A stretch of DNA of 64,000 bases from Planctomycetota bacterium (GTDB lineage: Bacteria; Planctomycetota; UBA1135; UBA2386). The stretch spans positions 4,384,001 through 4,448,000 of the forward strand of contig OZ245838.1 in NCBI GenBank assembly GCA_965228735.1, read 5' to 3'. The position numbers were made by a program, and so were the translations under genes. Below, one piece after another: positions 1 through 10,003 of this stretch (positions are counted from its first letter, which is position 1; each line of letters starts with the position of its first letter). A model generated the notes under the pieces. It ran no database searches. It had not been told where the DNA came from and was given only the letters and a program-made list of their open reading frames with translations.

Positions 1-363
1 TTCGGGCCGGCCGGCGACGAAGCCGTGGGCGTCGATGTGCGAACCGGCACCGGCGCCGGTGCGGCGGAGCATGAGGTCGGGCTGCACCTCGGTTTCGAGA
101 TCCAGGCGGAACGACGGTCCGATCGCGCACTCGGTGCCGGGATTGCCGGCGACGAAGTACCCGAGTCACGCCGCGAGGTGCCCGTGCGGCCGGCTGTGCT
201 CGGGGTAACGAACGGGTGATGGCATGTAGACCACTCCCTCGATGAGCTCCGCCCCCTCGAGCTCCGGCATCGCCTCGTAGCGTCGCTCGAACTCGTCGCG
301 CGTCAGCACGTCGCCGGAGCGGAGTTCGGGGATCCTCGGGTTCGCCGTCATGGGAGGAGCCAT
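1..363 (-). pseudogene. Uma2/DUF820 family putative endonuclease, interrupted by an in-frame TGA at 166-168; runs off the window start
   Basis: [37 protein letters not shown] is a typical Uma2 N-terminus. The frame continues past the TGA as LGYFVAGNPGTECAIGPSFRLDLETEVQPDLMLRR...GFVAGRPE, with the family QPD motif. Confidence 0.8.
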
Positions 364-439
364 GCCTGGTCGTGGCACTGCCGGGGGCAAGACTAGCACA
401 GTTTTCGCCGGCAGCCGTCGCGCGTGGAGCGCCGCAGGC

Positions 440-1042
440 TCAGGCCGCGCGATCCCCGCGCAGCACCCAGGCCGGCGGGAAGTTCTTCCAGACGAGCCCG
501 CTGCTGCCGGCGCCGTCGAAGTGCGCGCGAATCAGTCGCCGCAACCGGCGCGCGTTCGGGGTGATCGCGGACTGCAGGTAGGTGAACGTGCGGAACGAGC
601 CCCCGGGCGCGATGACCTCGCTCGCGGTTGCCACGATGTCGCTCATCGTCGGCAGCAGGATGAGCGGCAGGCCCGAGATGATCGCCTTGGGCGCGGGCAG
701 GCCGCGTTCAGCGAGCAGCTGCTGCACGTCCTCGACCTGCGCGCACGCGAACTCGAAGTCCGGCATGCGCTCGCGCAGCACCTCGCAGAAGCTGGCCTCA
801 CGTTCGATGCCGAGGTAGCGCAGACCGCCGATCGCATGGCTCCTGCGCCAGATCGACTCGGTCAGCGATCCGGTGCCGGCGCCGTACTCGACGACGACGT
901 CGCCGGGCTGCAGATCGAGTCCGTCGAGCATCGCGTCGCCGAGCGCGCGCGTGCTCGGGCACACCGCGCCCACCTCGCGCGGATTGCGCAGGAAGCAACG
1001 CAGGAAGTGCAGGCCCCGCGCGGCCCGGCCACGGCCGGCCAT
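440..1042 (-). CDS. Class I SAM methyltransferase, phospholipid/ornithine-lipid N-methyltransferase (PmtA/OlsG-like, COG3963)
   Basis: [26 protein letters not shown] motif, [20 protein letters not shown]. Start uncertain (1042 or 1087). Confidence 0.8.
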   Translation of the reverse strand: MAGRGRAARGLHFLRCFLRNPREVGAVCPSTRALGDAMLDGLDLQPGDVVVEYGAGTGSLTESIWRRSHAIGGLRYLGIEREASFCEVLRERMPDFEFACAQVEDVQQLLAERGLPAPKAIISGLPLILLPTMSDIVATASEVIAPGGSFRTFTYLQSAITPNARRLRRLIRAHFDGAGSSGLVWKNFPPAWVLRGDRAA

Positions 1043-1304
1043 CTCCTGATCCGCGACCCGCCCAGAACCACCCAGTGCAGACGTCATGCGCGGAGTGTGA
1101 CCGTGAACGCCGCGGCAAGGAAGCGGTCACGCGCGCGATCGGCGCGCTTCACGAGTTCTTCGCCCTGGCCTGTCCGCGCCTGAACGTGCCGCTGTTCGAT
1201 GGTTGCCGTGCAGCGATGTGACTGCCCGACGGGCGCACGACACGCGAACCGACACCCCCGACCCCGCGTCGACCGCGCGGGCGACCCTGCTCTGTGGTAA
1301 CCCG

Positions 1305-3998
1305 ATGACGTCTCACGGCAAGATCCACCGCCTCGACTTCCACCTCCATTCGTACGCGTCGAATCTGACGGACTACTACGCCGCGAACACGTTCGCGATC
1401 CCGGAGTCGTACTCGGAGCCGCTCGAGCTCTACGCGACGCTGAAGGAACGCGGCATGGCGCTCGTCACGCTGACCGATCACAACTCGATCGACGGCGTGA
1501 AGGAGCTGCTCGACGCGGGCAAGCAGGACGTGTTCATCAGCGCGGAGATGACCACGACGTTCCCCGACGACGGCTGCAACATCCACCTGACGGTCGCGAA
1601 CGTCACGGAGGCGCAGTTCCTCGAGATCGACCGCCTGCGCGGCAACGTCTTCGAGATGGTCGACTACCTCGATCGACAGATCGCGGCCGAAGCGGGCGCC
1701 GCCGTCAAGAACCGGATCGCGTACTTCATGACGCACCCGCTCATGAGCACGCAGAACCGCGAGTACGGGCGCGAGGGCTCGCTCACGGCCGATCACATCG
1801 AGCAGTGCCTGCTGCTGCTCGACACGTTCGAGGTGCGGAACGGCACGCGTACGCGCGCGGTCAACGAGCTGACCGTTCGGCTGCTCGAGTCGCTGACGAA
1901 GGCGAAGATCGAACAGCTCGCCGACAAGCACGGCATCGCGCCGAAGGGCCCGACGCCGTGGCTCAAGGGCCGGGTGAGCGGCTCGGACGATCACTGCGGC
2001 ATCAACCCGGGCCTGACCTGGACCGAGTTCGTCGTCGATCACGGCGGTGACCCGACGCCCAACGACGTCGTGGATTCGATCCGCCGACGCGAGACCCGCG
2101 CCGGCGGCAACCACGGCGGCCCGGTCACGCTCGCGCACGCGGTCATCAAGCTGCTGCACGACGGCAAGACGAAGAACCAGGATCCGAACACCAAGACCGT
2201 CGAGATCGGCGGCCCGCTCGGCTCGCTGCTGCGCCTGGCGTTCGGCCCCGGCCGCCCGTCGCTGCGCCGCAAGCTCGCGATCGGCGGCAAGGCGCTGCTG
2301 CAGCAGGTCGGCAGCCGCGTGTTCAAGAAGAAGCGCCGGCAGCGCAGCGCGCCGTTCGAGCGCACCCTGTCGCGGGAAGCGCACGCGATGCTGCTCGATC
2401 CGACGTTCCAGCGTCGCCTCGCGACCTGCGAACGCACCGACGACAAGATCTTCCTGATCGTCAGCAGCCTCATCAATCGGATCTTCGTGCACTACGTCAA
2501 CCAGATCGGCTCGACGGCGTCGCTCGATCTGGTCGCCGCGGTGAAGGAGATCGTCGCGCTGGTCTCGTCGAACATCTTCGTCTCGCTGCCCTACCTGCTG
2601 TCCTACTTCCACACCAACGCGGACCGCCTGATCCTGCGCGACGTGCACAAGCAGTTCGACATCACCGAGCGCCCGCGCACCGTGCTCGTCACGGACACGT
2701 TGTTCGAGGTCAACGGCGTCGCGCGCACGATCCGGCGCATGATCGACGAGGCGCGGCGCCGCGACCTCGACTTCACCGTCGTCACCTGTCTCGACGGCAC
2801 CGAACGCGAGGAGCAGATGAAGGACCCGGCGATTCGCGAGCTCGTCGACAGCGGTCGCCTGAAGATCTTCGACGCGCTCGTGAGCCGTGGCTTTCCGCAG
2901 TACGAAGGGCTGTCGGTGCGGTTCCCGCCGTTCCTCGAGCTGCTCAAGTATCTGCAGGAATCGGGCTTCACCAAGATGCAGATCAGCACGCCCGGCACGA
3001 TCGGCGTCGCCGGCCTGCTCGCGGCCAAGGTGCTGCAGATCGAGACCTCATCGACCTATCACACCTGCTTCCCCGAGTACGTCGAGAACTACACCCGCGA
3101 CATCAGCCTCGAGGCGATCGCGTGGAAGTACATGGTGCTGTTCTACCACTCGGTCGACGAGGTCGTCGTGCCGTCGAAGTTCATCGCCAAGCTGCTGCAC
3201 GATCGCGGGCTGCGGAAGCGGAAGCTGCTCGTGCTCGACCGCTGGGTCGACGTCGACCGCTTTCATCCAAAGAAGCGCGTCGCCGACTACTGGACGCGCC
3301 ACGGCGTCGCGCAGCCCGAACGCAAGGTCAAGTTCACCTACGTCGGCCGCCTCGGTGTCGAGAAGAACCTGTCGGTCCTCGCCGACGCGTTCCGCGGGCT
3401 GGCCGAGGAACGTGACGACGTGCACCTTTGCCTGATCGGCGACGGGCCGTTCCGCGCCGAGCTCGAGCAGCGGCTCGGCGGCCTGCCCGTCACGTTCACC
3501 GGCTTCCTCGGCGGGGACGAACTCGGCGTCGCGGTCGCGAGCTGCGACGCGAAGATCTTCCCGAGCACGACGGACACCTGGGGCAACGCGCCGCTCGAGG
3601 CCCAGGCCGCCGGTCTGCCCGTCGTCGTGAGCGACATGGGCGGCCCGCAGGAGCTGATGATCGACGGCACGACCGGCTTCAAGGTGAAGGGTCGCGACGT
3701 CCAGGGTCTCATCGAGGCCATGCGCAGGCTGACCGATCGCCCGACGCGAACCCGGATGGGTCTCGCGGCCCGCGCGTTCACGGAGCGCAACCGCATCGAC
3801 GAACCGTTCACCGCGATCCTCGACAGCGCGACGTTCCGCCGCCGGGCCAAGGCCGCGAAGCAGGACGTGCAGGAAACCAAGACCGAGATCCGCCGGGAGT
3901 TCGGCGACGCGCGCGACGACGCGGTCGTCGAGCCGCCCGAGGTCCTGGTCTTCTCCAACGACACCGAATCCACCCATGCTGGCATCCTCGACCGCTGA
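1305..3998 (+). CDS. PHP phosphoesterase domain fused to a GT4 glycosyltransferase
   Basis: N-terminal DFHLHS, TLTDHN and GSDDH PHP motifs. C-terminal VTDTLFEVNGVARTI, YVGRLGVEKN and FPSTTDTWGNAPLEAQAAGLPVVVSD GT4 motifs. Confidence 0.88.
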   Translation: MTSHGKIHRLDFHLHSYASNLTDYYAANTFAIPESYSEPLELYATLKERGMALVTLTDHNSIDGVKELLDAGKQDVFISAEMTTTFPDDGCNIHLTVANVTEAQFLEIDRLRGNVFEMVDYLDRQIAAEAGAAVKNRIAYFMTHPLMSTQNREYGREGSLTADHIEQCLLLLDTFEVRNGTRTRAVNELTVRLLESLTKAKIEQLADKHGIAPKGPTPWLKGRVSGSDDHCGINPGLTWTEFVVDHGGDPTPNDVVDSIRRRETRAGGNHGGPVTLAHAVIKLLHDGKTKNQDPNTKTVEIGGPLGSLLRLAFGPGRPSLRRKLAIGGKALLQQVGSRVFKKKRRQRSAPFERTLSREAHAMLLDPTFQRRLATCERTDDKIFLIVSSLINRIFVHYVNQIGSTASLDLVAAVKEIVALVSSNIFVSLPYLLSYFHTNADRLILRDVHKQFDITERPRTVLVTDTLFEVNGVARTIRRMIDEARRRDLDFTVVTCLDGTEREEQMKDPAIRELVDSGRLKIFDALVSRGFPQYEGLSVRFPPFLELLKYLQESGFTKMQISTPGTIGVAGLLAAKVLQIETSSTYHTCFPEYVENYTRDISLEAIAWKYMVLFYHSVDEVVVPSKFIAKLLHDRGLRKRKLLVLDRWVDVDRFHPKKRVADYWTRHGVAQPERKVKFTYVGRLGVEKNLSVLADAFRGLAEERDDVHLCLIGDGPFRAELEQRLGGLPVTFTGFLGGDELGVAVASCDAKIFPSTTDTWGNAPLEAQAAGLPVVVSDMGGPQELMIDGTTGFKVKGRDVQGLIEAMRRLTDRPTRTRMGLAARAFTERNRIDEPFTAILDSATFRRRAKAAKQDVQETKTEIRREFGDARDDAVVEPPEVLVFSNDTESTHAGILDR

Positions 3999-5736
3999 CG
4001 CCGACGCGCTGCGGGCCGCACCGGAGACGGCGACGCCGCGGCGCCCCGAGAAGCGCTCGGCTCCCGTGCGGGCGCTGCTCGGCACGCTCTCGTTCCTCAA
4101 CCTGCCGGGCCGCGTCTACCGCCGCGTGATGCTGTCCCGGGCCAAGCACCCGTCGCTCGCCGGCCATCCCAAGATGGCCCGGCGGATCGCGCCGCTGATC
4201 CCGTTCTACGAGTACGGCGACGACGAGTGGTTCCGGACCGACGACGCGCCAGTCGAGGTCGCAGCGCAGCGTCGTGCCGCGTTCGAGCACCTGAGCGCAC
4301 GCCTCACGGGCAAGAAGCCGAAGACGCTGCAGCTGAGCCGCGAGCTCGGCGAGTCGATCTCCGACGTCGAGTTCACGAGCCACTACCGGGTGCCGTTCCA
4401 GTTCCGCCGCCGCGTGCGCGAGCATCTCGAACCGGGCTGCGTCCTGCAGCGCAGCGAGGGCGCCAACGTCACCGACCTCGACGGCAACGTCGCCTGCGAC
4501 GTGACGGGTTCGTACGGCGTCAACCTGCTCGGCACCGACTTCTACCGTGACTGCATCGAGCGCGGCGCCCAGCGCGTGCGCGACCTCGGCCCGGTCCTCG
4601 GTTCGTATCACCCGATCATCGGCGACGTCGCGAACAAGCTGTGCGCCATCGCCGGCCTCGACGCGGTCTCGTTCCACATGTCGGGCACCGAGGCCGTCAT
4701 GCAGAGTGTCCGCCTCGCGCGCTACCACACCGGGCGTTCGCACCTCGTGCGGTTCTGCGGCTCCTACCATGGCTGGTGGGACGGTGTGCAGACCGGCATC
4801 GGCAATCCGCGCCCGGGCCAGGAGCTCTACACGTTCAAGGAGATGAGCGAAGACACGCTGGCGGTCCTGCGGCAACGCCGGGACATCGCGTGCGTGCTCG
4901 TGAACCCGCTGCAGGCGCTGCACCCGAACGCGAGCGCGCCGGCGGATTCGACGCTCATCAGCAACGGCCGCCAGGCCGGCTTCGACAAGGCCGCCTACAC
5001 GGCATGGCTGCGGCAACTGCGCGAGGTCTGTGACGCGCGCGGCATCGTCCTGATCTTCGACGAGGTCTTCCTCGGCTTCCGTCTGGCCAAGGGCGGCGCG
5101 CAGGAATACTTCGGCGTCAAGGCCGACCTCGTGACCTACGGCAAGACCCTCGGCGGCGGCCTGCCCGTCGGCGTGCTCGCCGGCAGGCGCGAGCTCATGC
5201 GCCGCTTCCGCGCCGATCAGCCGACCAACTTCTGCTTCGCGCGCGGCACGTTCAATTCGCATCCGTACGTGATCGGAGCGATGTACGAGTTCCTGGCAGC
5301 GATCGACCGACCCGAGGTCGAGCGGACGTACGAGAACCTCGACGCGGTCTGGGACGGCCGCTGCGAGCACCTCAACCGGCGGCTCGACGAGCTCGGCTTC
5401 CCGCTGCGGATCGAGAACATGACGTCCGTCGCGAGCGTGATCTACACGCGCCCCGGCCGCTACCACTGGATGCTGCAGTTCTATCTGCGCGATGCCGGCA
5501 TCTACCTGCCGTGGATCGGCACTGGGCGGTTGATCTTCAACCACGCGTGGACCGATGCCGACTTCGACGGCTTCGCGGAGCGCTTCGTGTCCGCGTGCGA
5601 AGCGATGCACCGGGACGGTTGGTGGTGGACGAGCCCGAAACTGACGAGCAGGTGGATCAGGCGCCGCATCCTGCGCGAGACGCTGCGGGCGCGGTTCGGG
5701 CGCGGGCGGCGGCCCGGCGTCCGCCCCGAGAAGTGA
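3976..5736 (+). CDS. Class III PLP aminotransferase (glutamate-1-semialdehyde aminomutase-like) with long N-terminal extension
   Basis: SGTEAVM, YHGW, LIFDEV, DLVTYGKTLGGGLP (PLP Lys), GTFNSHP. Overlaps the upstream gene by 23 bp. Confidence 0.85.
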   Translation: MLASSTADADALRAAPETATPRRPEKRSAPVRALLGTLSFLNLPGRVYRRVMLSRAKHPSLAGHPKMARRIAPLIPFYEYGDDEWFRTDDAPVEVAAQRRAAFEHLSARLTGKKPKTLQLSRELGESISDVEFTSHYRVPFQFRRRVREHLEPGCVLQRSEGANVTDLDGNVACDVTGSYGVNLLGTDFYRDCIERGAQRVRDLGPVLGSYHPIIGDVANKLCAIAGLDAVSFHMSGTEAVMQSVRLARYHTGRSHLVRFCGSYHGWWDGVQTGIGNPRPGQELYTFKEMSEDTLAVLRQRRDIACVLVNPLQALHPNASAPADSTLISNGRQAGFDKAAYTAWLRQLREVCDARGIVLIFDEVFLGFRLAKGGAQEYFGVKADLVTYGKTLGGGLPVGVLAGRRELMRRFRADQPTNFCFARGTFNSHPYVIGAMYEFLAAIDRPEVERTYENLDAVWDGRCEHLNRRLDELGFPLRIENMTSVASVIYTRPGRYHWMLQFYLRDAGIYLPWIGTGRLIFNHAWTDADFDGFAERFVSACEAMHRDGWWWTSPKLTSRWIRRRILRETLRARFGRGRRPGVRPEK

Positions 5737-5783
5737 GCGGCGCGGGGTCCGCACCGCCCCCTTCCCGGCCGAACGCGCCGGGC

Positions 5784-7649
5784 TCAGTTCCCGACGTTGG
5801 CGCACAGCCCGTTCGTGGACTGCGCTCCGAGCGAGTTGATGCCCGGCAACAGGGTCAGGGTCTGCGCGTGGAAGTTCGTCGAGAGGAACGTCGGGTTGTT
5901 CGGCACCGTGAGCTGGACGCTGATCTCGTTGTTGGCGTTGAGGCCCAGGAAGTTGCCGCCGACGAAACCGTTGGTCGTGTCCACGTGGCCGAAGCACCCG
6001 GGTGCGCCGAACGACGCGAGGCTCACCGGCGACGTGGCGTTGAGCCCGACGAGGAAGATCCCGCCGAGCGTGCCGGGCGTGATATCGCTGGTCACGAAGT
6101 TGACCGACGTGCCGAGCTGCGGGCGCCCGTCGAGACTCAGGACCGGCGGCGCGTCACCGTTGCCCGTTTCGGGCAGCGAGCTGATCGCGAGCACGGACCA
6201 GTCGAGCGGCTGCGAGATGGGCGCCATGTTGCCCTCGAAGTAGCCGACGAGCGCGTTGTTGCCGGCGCCGACGTTGCCGAGGCTCACGTAGGCGATCTCC
6301 ACGTCACCGCTGTCGCGCATCGTGACGGAGAAGGTGTTGATCGACGCCGGGTTGCCGGGCTCCTGCAGCTGATCCCAGCTGACCCGCACCCAGGCCCCGG
6401 CCGGATCGAAGTCGACGTGGATGCCGCCGCCCAGCGTGGGATCGAGACTGCAGTTGTACGGCCGGATGCTCGGCTCGTAGTCGGTCGCGCCGACGAGGAA
6501 GCCATTGGGCGGGCCGCACACCAGCGGCGAGTTGTTGTTGACGTCGCCGAGGTAGACGTGACCGTTGGACGCGACACAGAACTGCGTCGCGACACCGGCC
6601 GGATGCCGGAAGCCGCCGCCGGGCCAGCTCGACGGGAACGCGAACGGCGCCGAGATCGCGTCGTTCCAGCTCGCCGGCACCGACGAGCTCGCCTGGAACG
6701 CACCGGCCGTGATGCTCGCGCTCGTCGGCGTGACGTAGGCCGGCGCGGTCGGGATCACGAGGTAGTTGTCGACGTTGTAGAGCCACGTCATGCCCCCGCC
6801 GGCACCGATGGCCGTCGACGGATCGATGAGATCCGGGCCGTTGGCACTCGGCGGGAAACTCTCGTAGCCGGTGCGGTAGCGCGCGTAGCAACCATCGCCG
6901 TAGCTGACCGACCCGGCGTCCGCCGGATCCGGCGAGTAGTCGATGCAGATGTTGATGCTGTCGGCTACCCCCGTCGGCGTCGCGTTCGCAGTGAGCGGGA
7001 ACGGCCCGACGCCGACCCCGGTGGTTTGCCAACCGCTGTTCTGGATGCCGTCGTTCTCGATCTTGACGAACTGATCCTCCCAGACCAGCGCCGGGTTGGG
7101 CGACAGTCCGAGCGTATGGACCGGGCCGACGTTGCCCGCGTTCGGCCCGGTCTGCGGCGGCGTGCCGACGGCGTTGGTCGGCACGAGCTCGAGACACACG
7201 CCGAACGTTCCGTTCGGGACGACGACCGGCGCCGAGGTGACGGGGTCCACGATGTTGACGACCGGCGAGTGATCGTTCTGGTAGGCGAAGATCGTCATCT
7301 CGCCGACGCCGATGTGGGTCCAGCCCGTCATGCTGGTCTCCGCCCCGACGCGACTGCCCGGGATCGTGTAGATGTTCACGAGCCCGACGTTGCCGATCTG
7401 GTTGGGGTTGGCCGGATTGCCCGTGCCGTCGTCGTACATGACGATGCCGAGCTCGTTGAGGATGATCGACGAGCCCTTGACCTCCAGGTCGAAGTAGAGG
7501 TTGAGCGTGTTGCCGGTGGTGTTGCCGTAGTAGAAGCTCGCGTTCCACGGATCGTGGGTGTAGATGAGCTGGTCGGGCAGGGGATCGCAGACGACCTGCG
7601 CGACCGCGGGAACGCCGAGCAGCGCGAGAAGTGGGGTGATCTTGAGCAT
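5784..7649 (-). CDS. Secreted protein with a nidogen(NIDO)-like central region and the shared C-terminal domain
   Basis: Signal peptide MLKITPLLALLGVPAVA|Q. NDAISAPFAFP...VASNGHVYLG...NTFSVTMRDSGDVEIAY. Ends PQLG...VPNNPTFLSTNFHAQ...STNGLCANVGN. Confidence 0.8.
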   Translation of the reverse strand: MLKITPLLALLGVPAVAQVVCDPLPDQLIYTHDPWNASFYYGNTTGNTLNLYFDLEVKGSSIILNELGIVMYDDGTGNPANPNQIGNVGLVNIYTIPGSRVGAETSMTGWTHIGVGEMTIFAYQNDHSPVVNIVDPVTSAPVVVPNGTFGVCLELVPTNAVGTPPQTGPNAGNVGPVHTLGLSPNPALVWEDQFVKIENDGIQNSGWQTTGVGVGPFPLTANATPTGVADSINICIDYSPDPADAGSVSYGDGCYARYRTGYESFPPSANGPDLIDPSTAIGAGGGMTWLYNVDNYLVIPTAPAYVTPTSASITAGAFQASSSVPASWNDAISAPFAFPSSWPGGGFRHPAGVATQFCVASNGHVYLGDVNNNSPLVCGPPNGFLVGATDYEPSIRPYNCSLDPTLGGGIHVDFDPAGAWVRVSWDQLQEPGNPASINTFSVTMRDSGDVEIAYVSLGNVGAGNNALVGYFEGNMAPISQPLDWSVLAISSLPETGNGDAPPVLSLDGRPQLGTSVNFVTSDITPGTLGGIFLVGLNATSPVSLASFGAPGCFGHVDTTNGFVGGNFLGLNANNEISVQLTVPNNPTFLSTNFHAQTLTLLPGINSLGAQSTNGLCANVGN

Positions 7650-7890
7650 GGCGGAGTGGCGGGTTCGGGAACGACACCGCTGAGGGAGACCCTGGCGATC
7701 CGATCGCGGTGCGGACTCTCCGGGCGGCGATAAGCCCACCGGCACCAGGAACGGGCGGGCGAGCACGTACGATCCAGCATACGGAGAACGGGTGAGCGCC
7801 CTTGCTAGTGATGCGCCCAACGCTGCCCGGGACGGCACGGAATCATTCCGGGCTGCCGCGATTCGCCCGGGTCGTGCCCGATCCCGACGG

Positions 7891-8472
7891 TCAGCAGCTC
7901 GTCGTCGGAGACTCGGTCAGGTACAGCTTGAGTCGCGGCACCCGCTGACAGCGCAGTGCACCGGCACATAGCTCGCGCTGGAGGTTGGCGGCGTAGTCGA
8001 CGAGCTCGTCACGCTGCGCGCAGACCGTCGCCGCCGTCGCGGCACAGCGCGGCTCGAAGTTGCGATACTTGAGGTGCAGGATCGTGATCCGGTCCAGCAA
8101 CGCACCGAGTGACTCCGAGTGCAGCGGCGCATCGTCACGCCCGAACGGCGCCATGACGGCATCGATCGCATTGATGCACTGATTGCGGAACTTGTTGTGC
8201 CGCATCGCACCGCGCCAGCCGATGAGGATCTGCTCGTCGTCGTCGGTGCGGCCGAGGTCTTCGTAGTGCCACACCTGATGGTTGTGGTACTGCAGGCGGG
8301 CGACGTGCTCCGCGAGATCGCGCTGCTCGATCGGCAGCTCCGCGGGCCAATCGAACAGGCCGCGGGCCGCCGCGAACCAGCCGTCGGCCCGCTCGAAGGC
8401 CGCCCGCAGCACGTTCGCGACGTCGGGCAGCGCGCCATCGCCGGCAGGCGCGGGGTTCGGTTCGGATCGCAT
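7891..8472 (-). CDS. DUF4254 domain protein
   Basis: NHQVWHYED...NKFRNQCINAID...HSESLGALLDRITILHLK pattern; adjacent to glycosyltransferase genes. Confidence 0.75.
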   Translation of the reverse strand: MRSEPNPAPAGDGALPDVANVLRAAFERADGWFAAARGLFDWPAELPIEQRDLAEHVARLQYHNHQVWHYEDLGRTDDDEQILIGWRGAMRHNKFRNQCINAIDAVMAPFGRDDAPLHSESLGALLDRITILHLKYRNFEPRCAATAATVCAQRDELVDYAANLQRELCAGALRCQRVPRLKLYLTESPTTSC

Positions 8473-8605
8473 CGTCCTGGGTCACGGACCGGGTCCGCTC
8501 GCCGAACCATCGGCCGTTCCCGCCATCCGACTTGATCCGCAAGCGCCCGCGGCATGGGCCGAACGGTCAAGGCGGCGGGCACGATCGGCCGATGAGAACC
8601 GACGG

Positions 8606-10003
8606 ATGAGGACCCTGGCCGAATCGCACGCGCCGCCCCTGGCGCAGGCACTGGCATTGCTCGTCGACAGGCTCGGCTGCGACAGCATCGTGGCGGTGGG
8701 CAAACTCGCCGCTGGCCTGCGCGACGCCCTTCCGGGCACTCTCGTGCTCGACAGCGACGGGGCGGTTCATCCGGGCAACGGTCCGCAGGCGATCCGCGAT
8801 CTGCTGCCGGGCTTCTCTCGGGACACGCTGTTCGTCCTCGGGTCCAACCTGCTCGACCCCGCCTACGTCGCCCGCTGCCTCTACGAGCTGCCGCGCGGAG
8901 TCGGAGCCCTGCTGATCGCGCTCGGGGAGATCAACGGACCGGCGAGCCCGGCAAGCCTCGCGGACCAGCTGCTCCTGTGGGATCCGCATCGGCGTCTCGA
9001 CCTCCTGCAGCTGGCCGGCCGTTCGTGGCTGCTCGTGCAGCCCAGACGCCGCGTCCACGTGACGCTGCTGATGGAACGCTACTCGCACACCTACGGCGCG
9101 TCGGGCCCTTCGATCAACTGGGACAACCTCGTCGCGTCGCTCGCGCAGACGGGGCTCGCGACGAGCTCGACCGTGCTCTACGACGAGCGCCACCACGAGG
9201 GGCGGCCGTACACCGCGGCCGACTTCCGCCGCCCCGACGGCGTCGACGACCACGTCATCGTCTGCATCTACGACGTGGCCAACCAGTACAACCCGGCGCC
9301 CGAACTGCTGCGCGAGGCCCAGGCGGACGGCAGTCGAATCGCCTACCTGTGGCTCGACTCTCGCATCCTGCCGCACGATCCCGTCTATCCCGAGCTCGCC
9401 GACCTCAACATCGTGCTCGATGCCAGCGAGTACGACCTGCCCAACGCGTGGCCGGCGTTCACCCCGAAGAACCCGGCGTTCTTCCGTGACCCAGGCCGCG
9501 ACGATCCGACCTGGGAACGGCCGATCGACGTGTCGCTGCTCGGCGAGATGCGCTTCCTCGCGCAGCGCAAGGACCTCCTGCCGCGGCTGCAGGCCGAACG
9601 CCGGCTGTCGATCCACGCCCCCGGATCGAGCGCCACCGACACGGGCCGGCGGCTGTCGACCGAGGAGTACGCGCGGGTCTACCAGCAGTCGAAGATCTCG
9701 ATCGTCCTGACCAAGGACCGCGTCCGGCAGCTCAAGGGCCGGATCTTCGAGGTCCCGCTGTGCGGCGCGCTGCTGCTGTCCGACGTCAACCCGTACGTGG
9801 ACCGCTTCTTCGAGCCGTTCCGCGAGTACGTCCCGTTCACCGACTACGAGGACATGATCGCGCTCTGCCGCCACTACGTCGCGCACGACGACGAGCGCCG
9901 CGCGATCGCGGCCGCCGGCAGCGCCAAGGCCAACCGTTGCTACACCGCGCAGGTGTTCTGGGGGGCGCTGTTCGCCCGACTGTTCGACGGAGATCGCGGA
10001 TGA
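8606..10003 (+). CDS. Glycosyltransferase, CgeB/YkvP-like (Glyco_trans_1_2 C-terminal domain)
   Basis: YARVYQQSKISIVL...KGRIFEVPLCGALLLSD...FEPFREYVPF...DDERRAIAAAG. ATGA overlap with the next gene. Confidence 0.8.
   Translation: MRTLAESHAPPLAQALALLVDRLGCDSIVAVGKLAAGLRDALPGTLVLDSDGAVHPGNGPQAIRDLLPGFSRDTLFVLGSNLLDPAYVARCLYELPRGVGALLIALGEINGPASPASLADQLLLWDPHRRLDLLQLAGRSWLLVQPRRRVHVTLLMERYSHTYGASGPSINWDNLVASLAQTGLATSSTVLYDERHHEGRPYTAADFRRPDGVDDHVIVCIYDVANQYNPAPELLREAQADGSRIAYLWLDSRILPHDPVYPELADLNIVLDASEYDLPNAWPAFTPKNPAFFRDPGRDDPTWERPIDVSLLGEMRFLAQRKDLLPRLQAERRLSIHAPGSSATDTGRRLSTEEYARVYQQSKISIVLTKDRVRQLKGRIFEVPLCGALLLSDVNPYVDRFFEPFREYVPFTDYEDMIALCRHYVAHDDERRAIAAAGSAKANRCYTAQVFWGALFARLFDGDRG

Noticed and set aside
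166..168. Alternative genetic code (TGA=Trp) or selenocysteine
   Set aside because: Many genes in the window end at TGA, often in ATGA/GTGA overlaps, and Trp is encoded by TGG throughout. The position corresponds to Trp rather than Cys, and I saw no evident SECIS.
3976..5736. Calling this gene hemL
   Set aside because: It is much longer than HemL, has atypical extensions and has no tetrapyrrole gene context. Only the fold family is supported.
7650..7890. Riboswitch or ncRNA in longer intergenic regions (also 1088-1304, 18612-18836, 39525-39780)
   Set aside because: I saw only generic GC-rich stems and no recognisable Rfam consensus by eye. An Infernal search would be needed.
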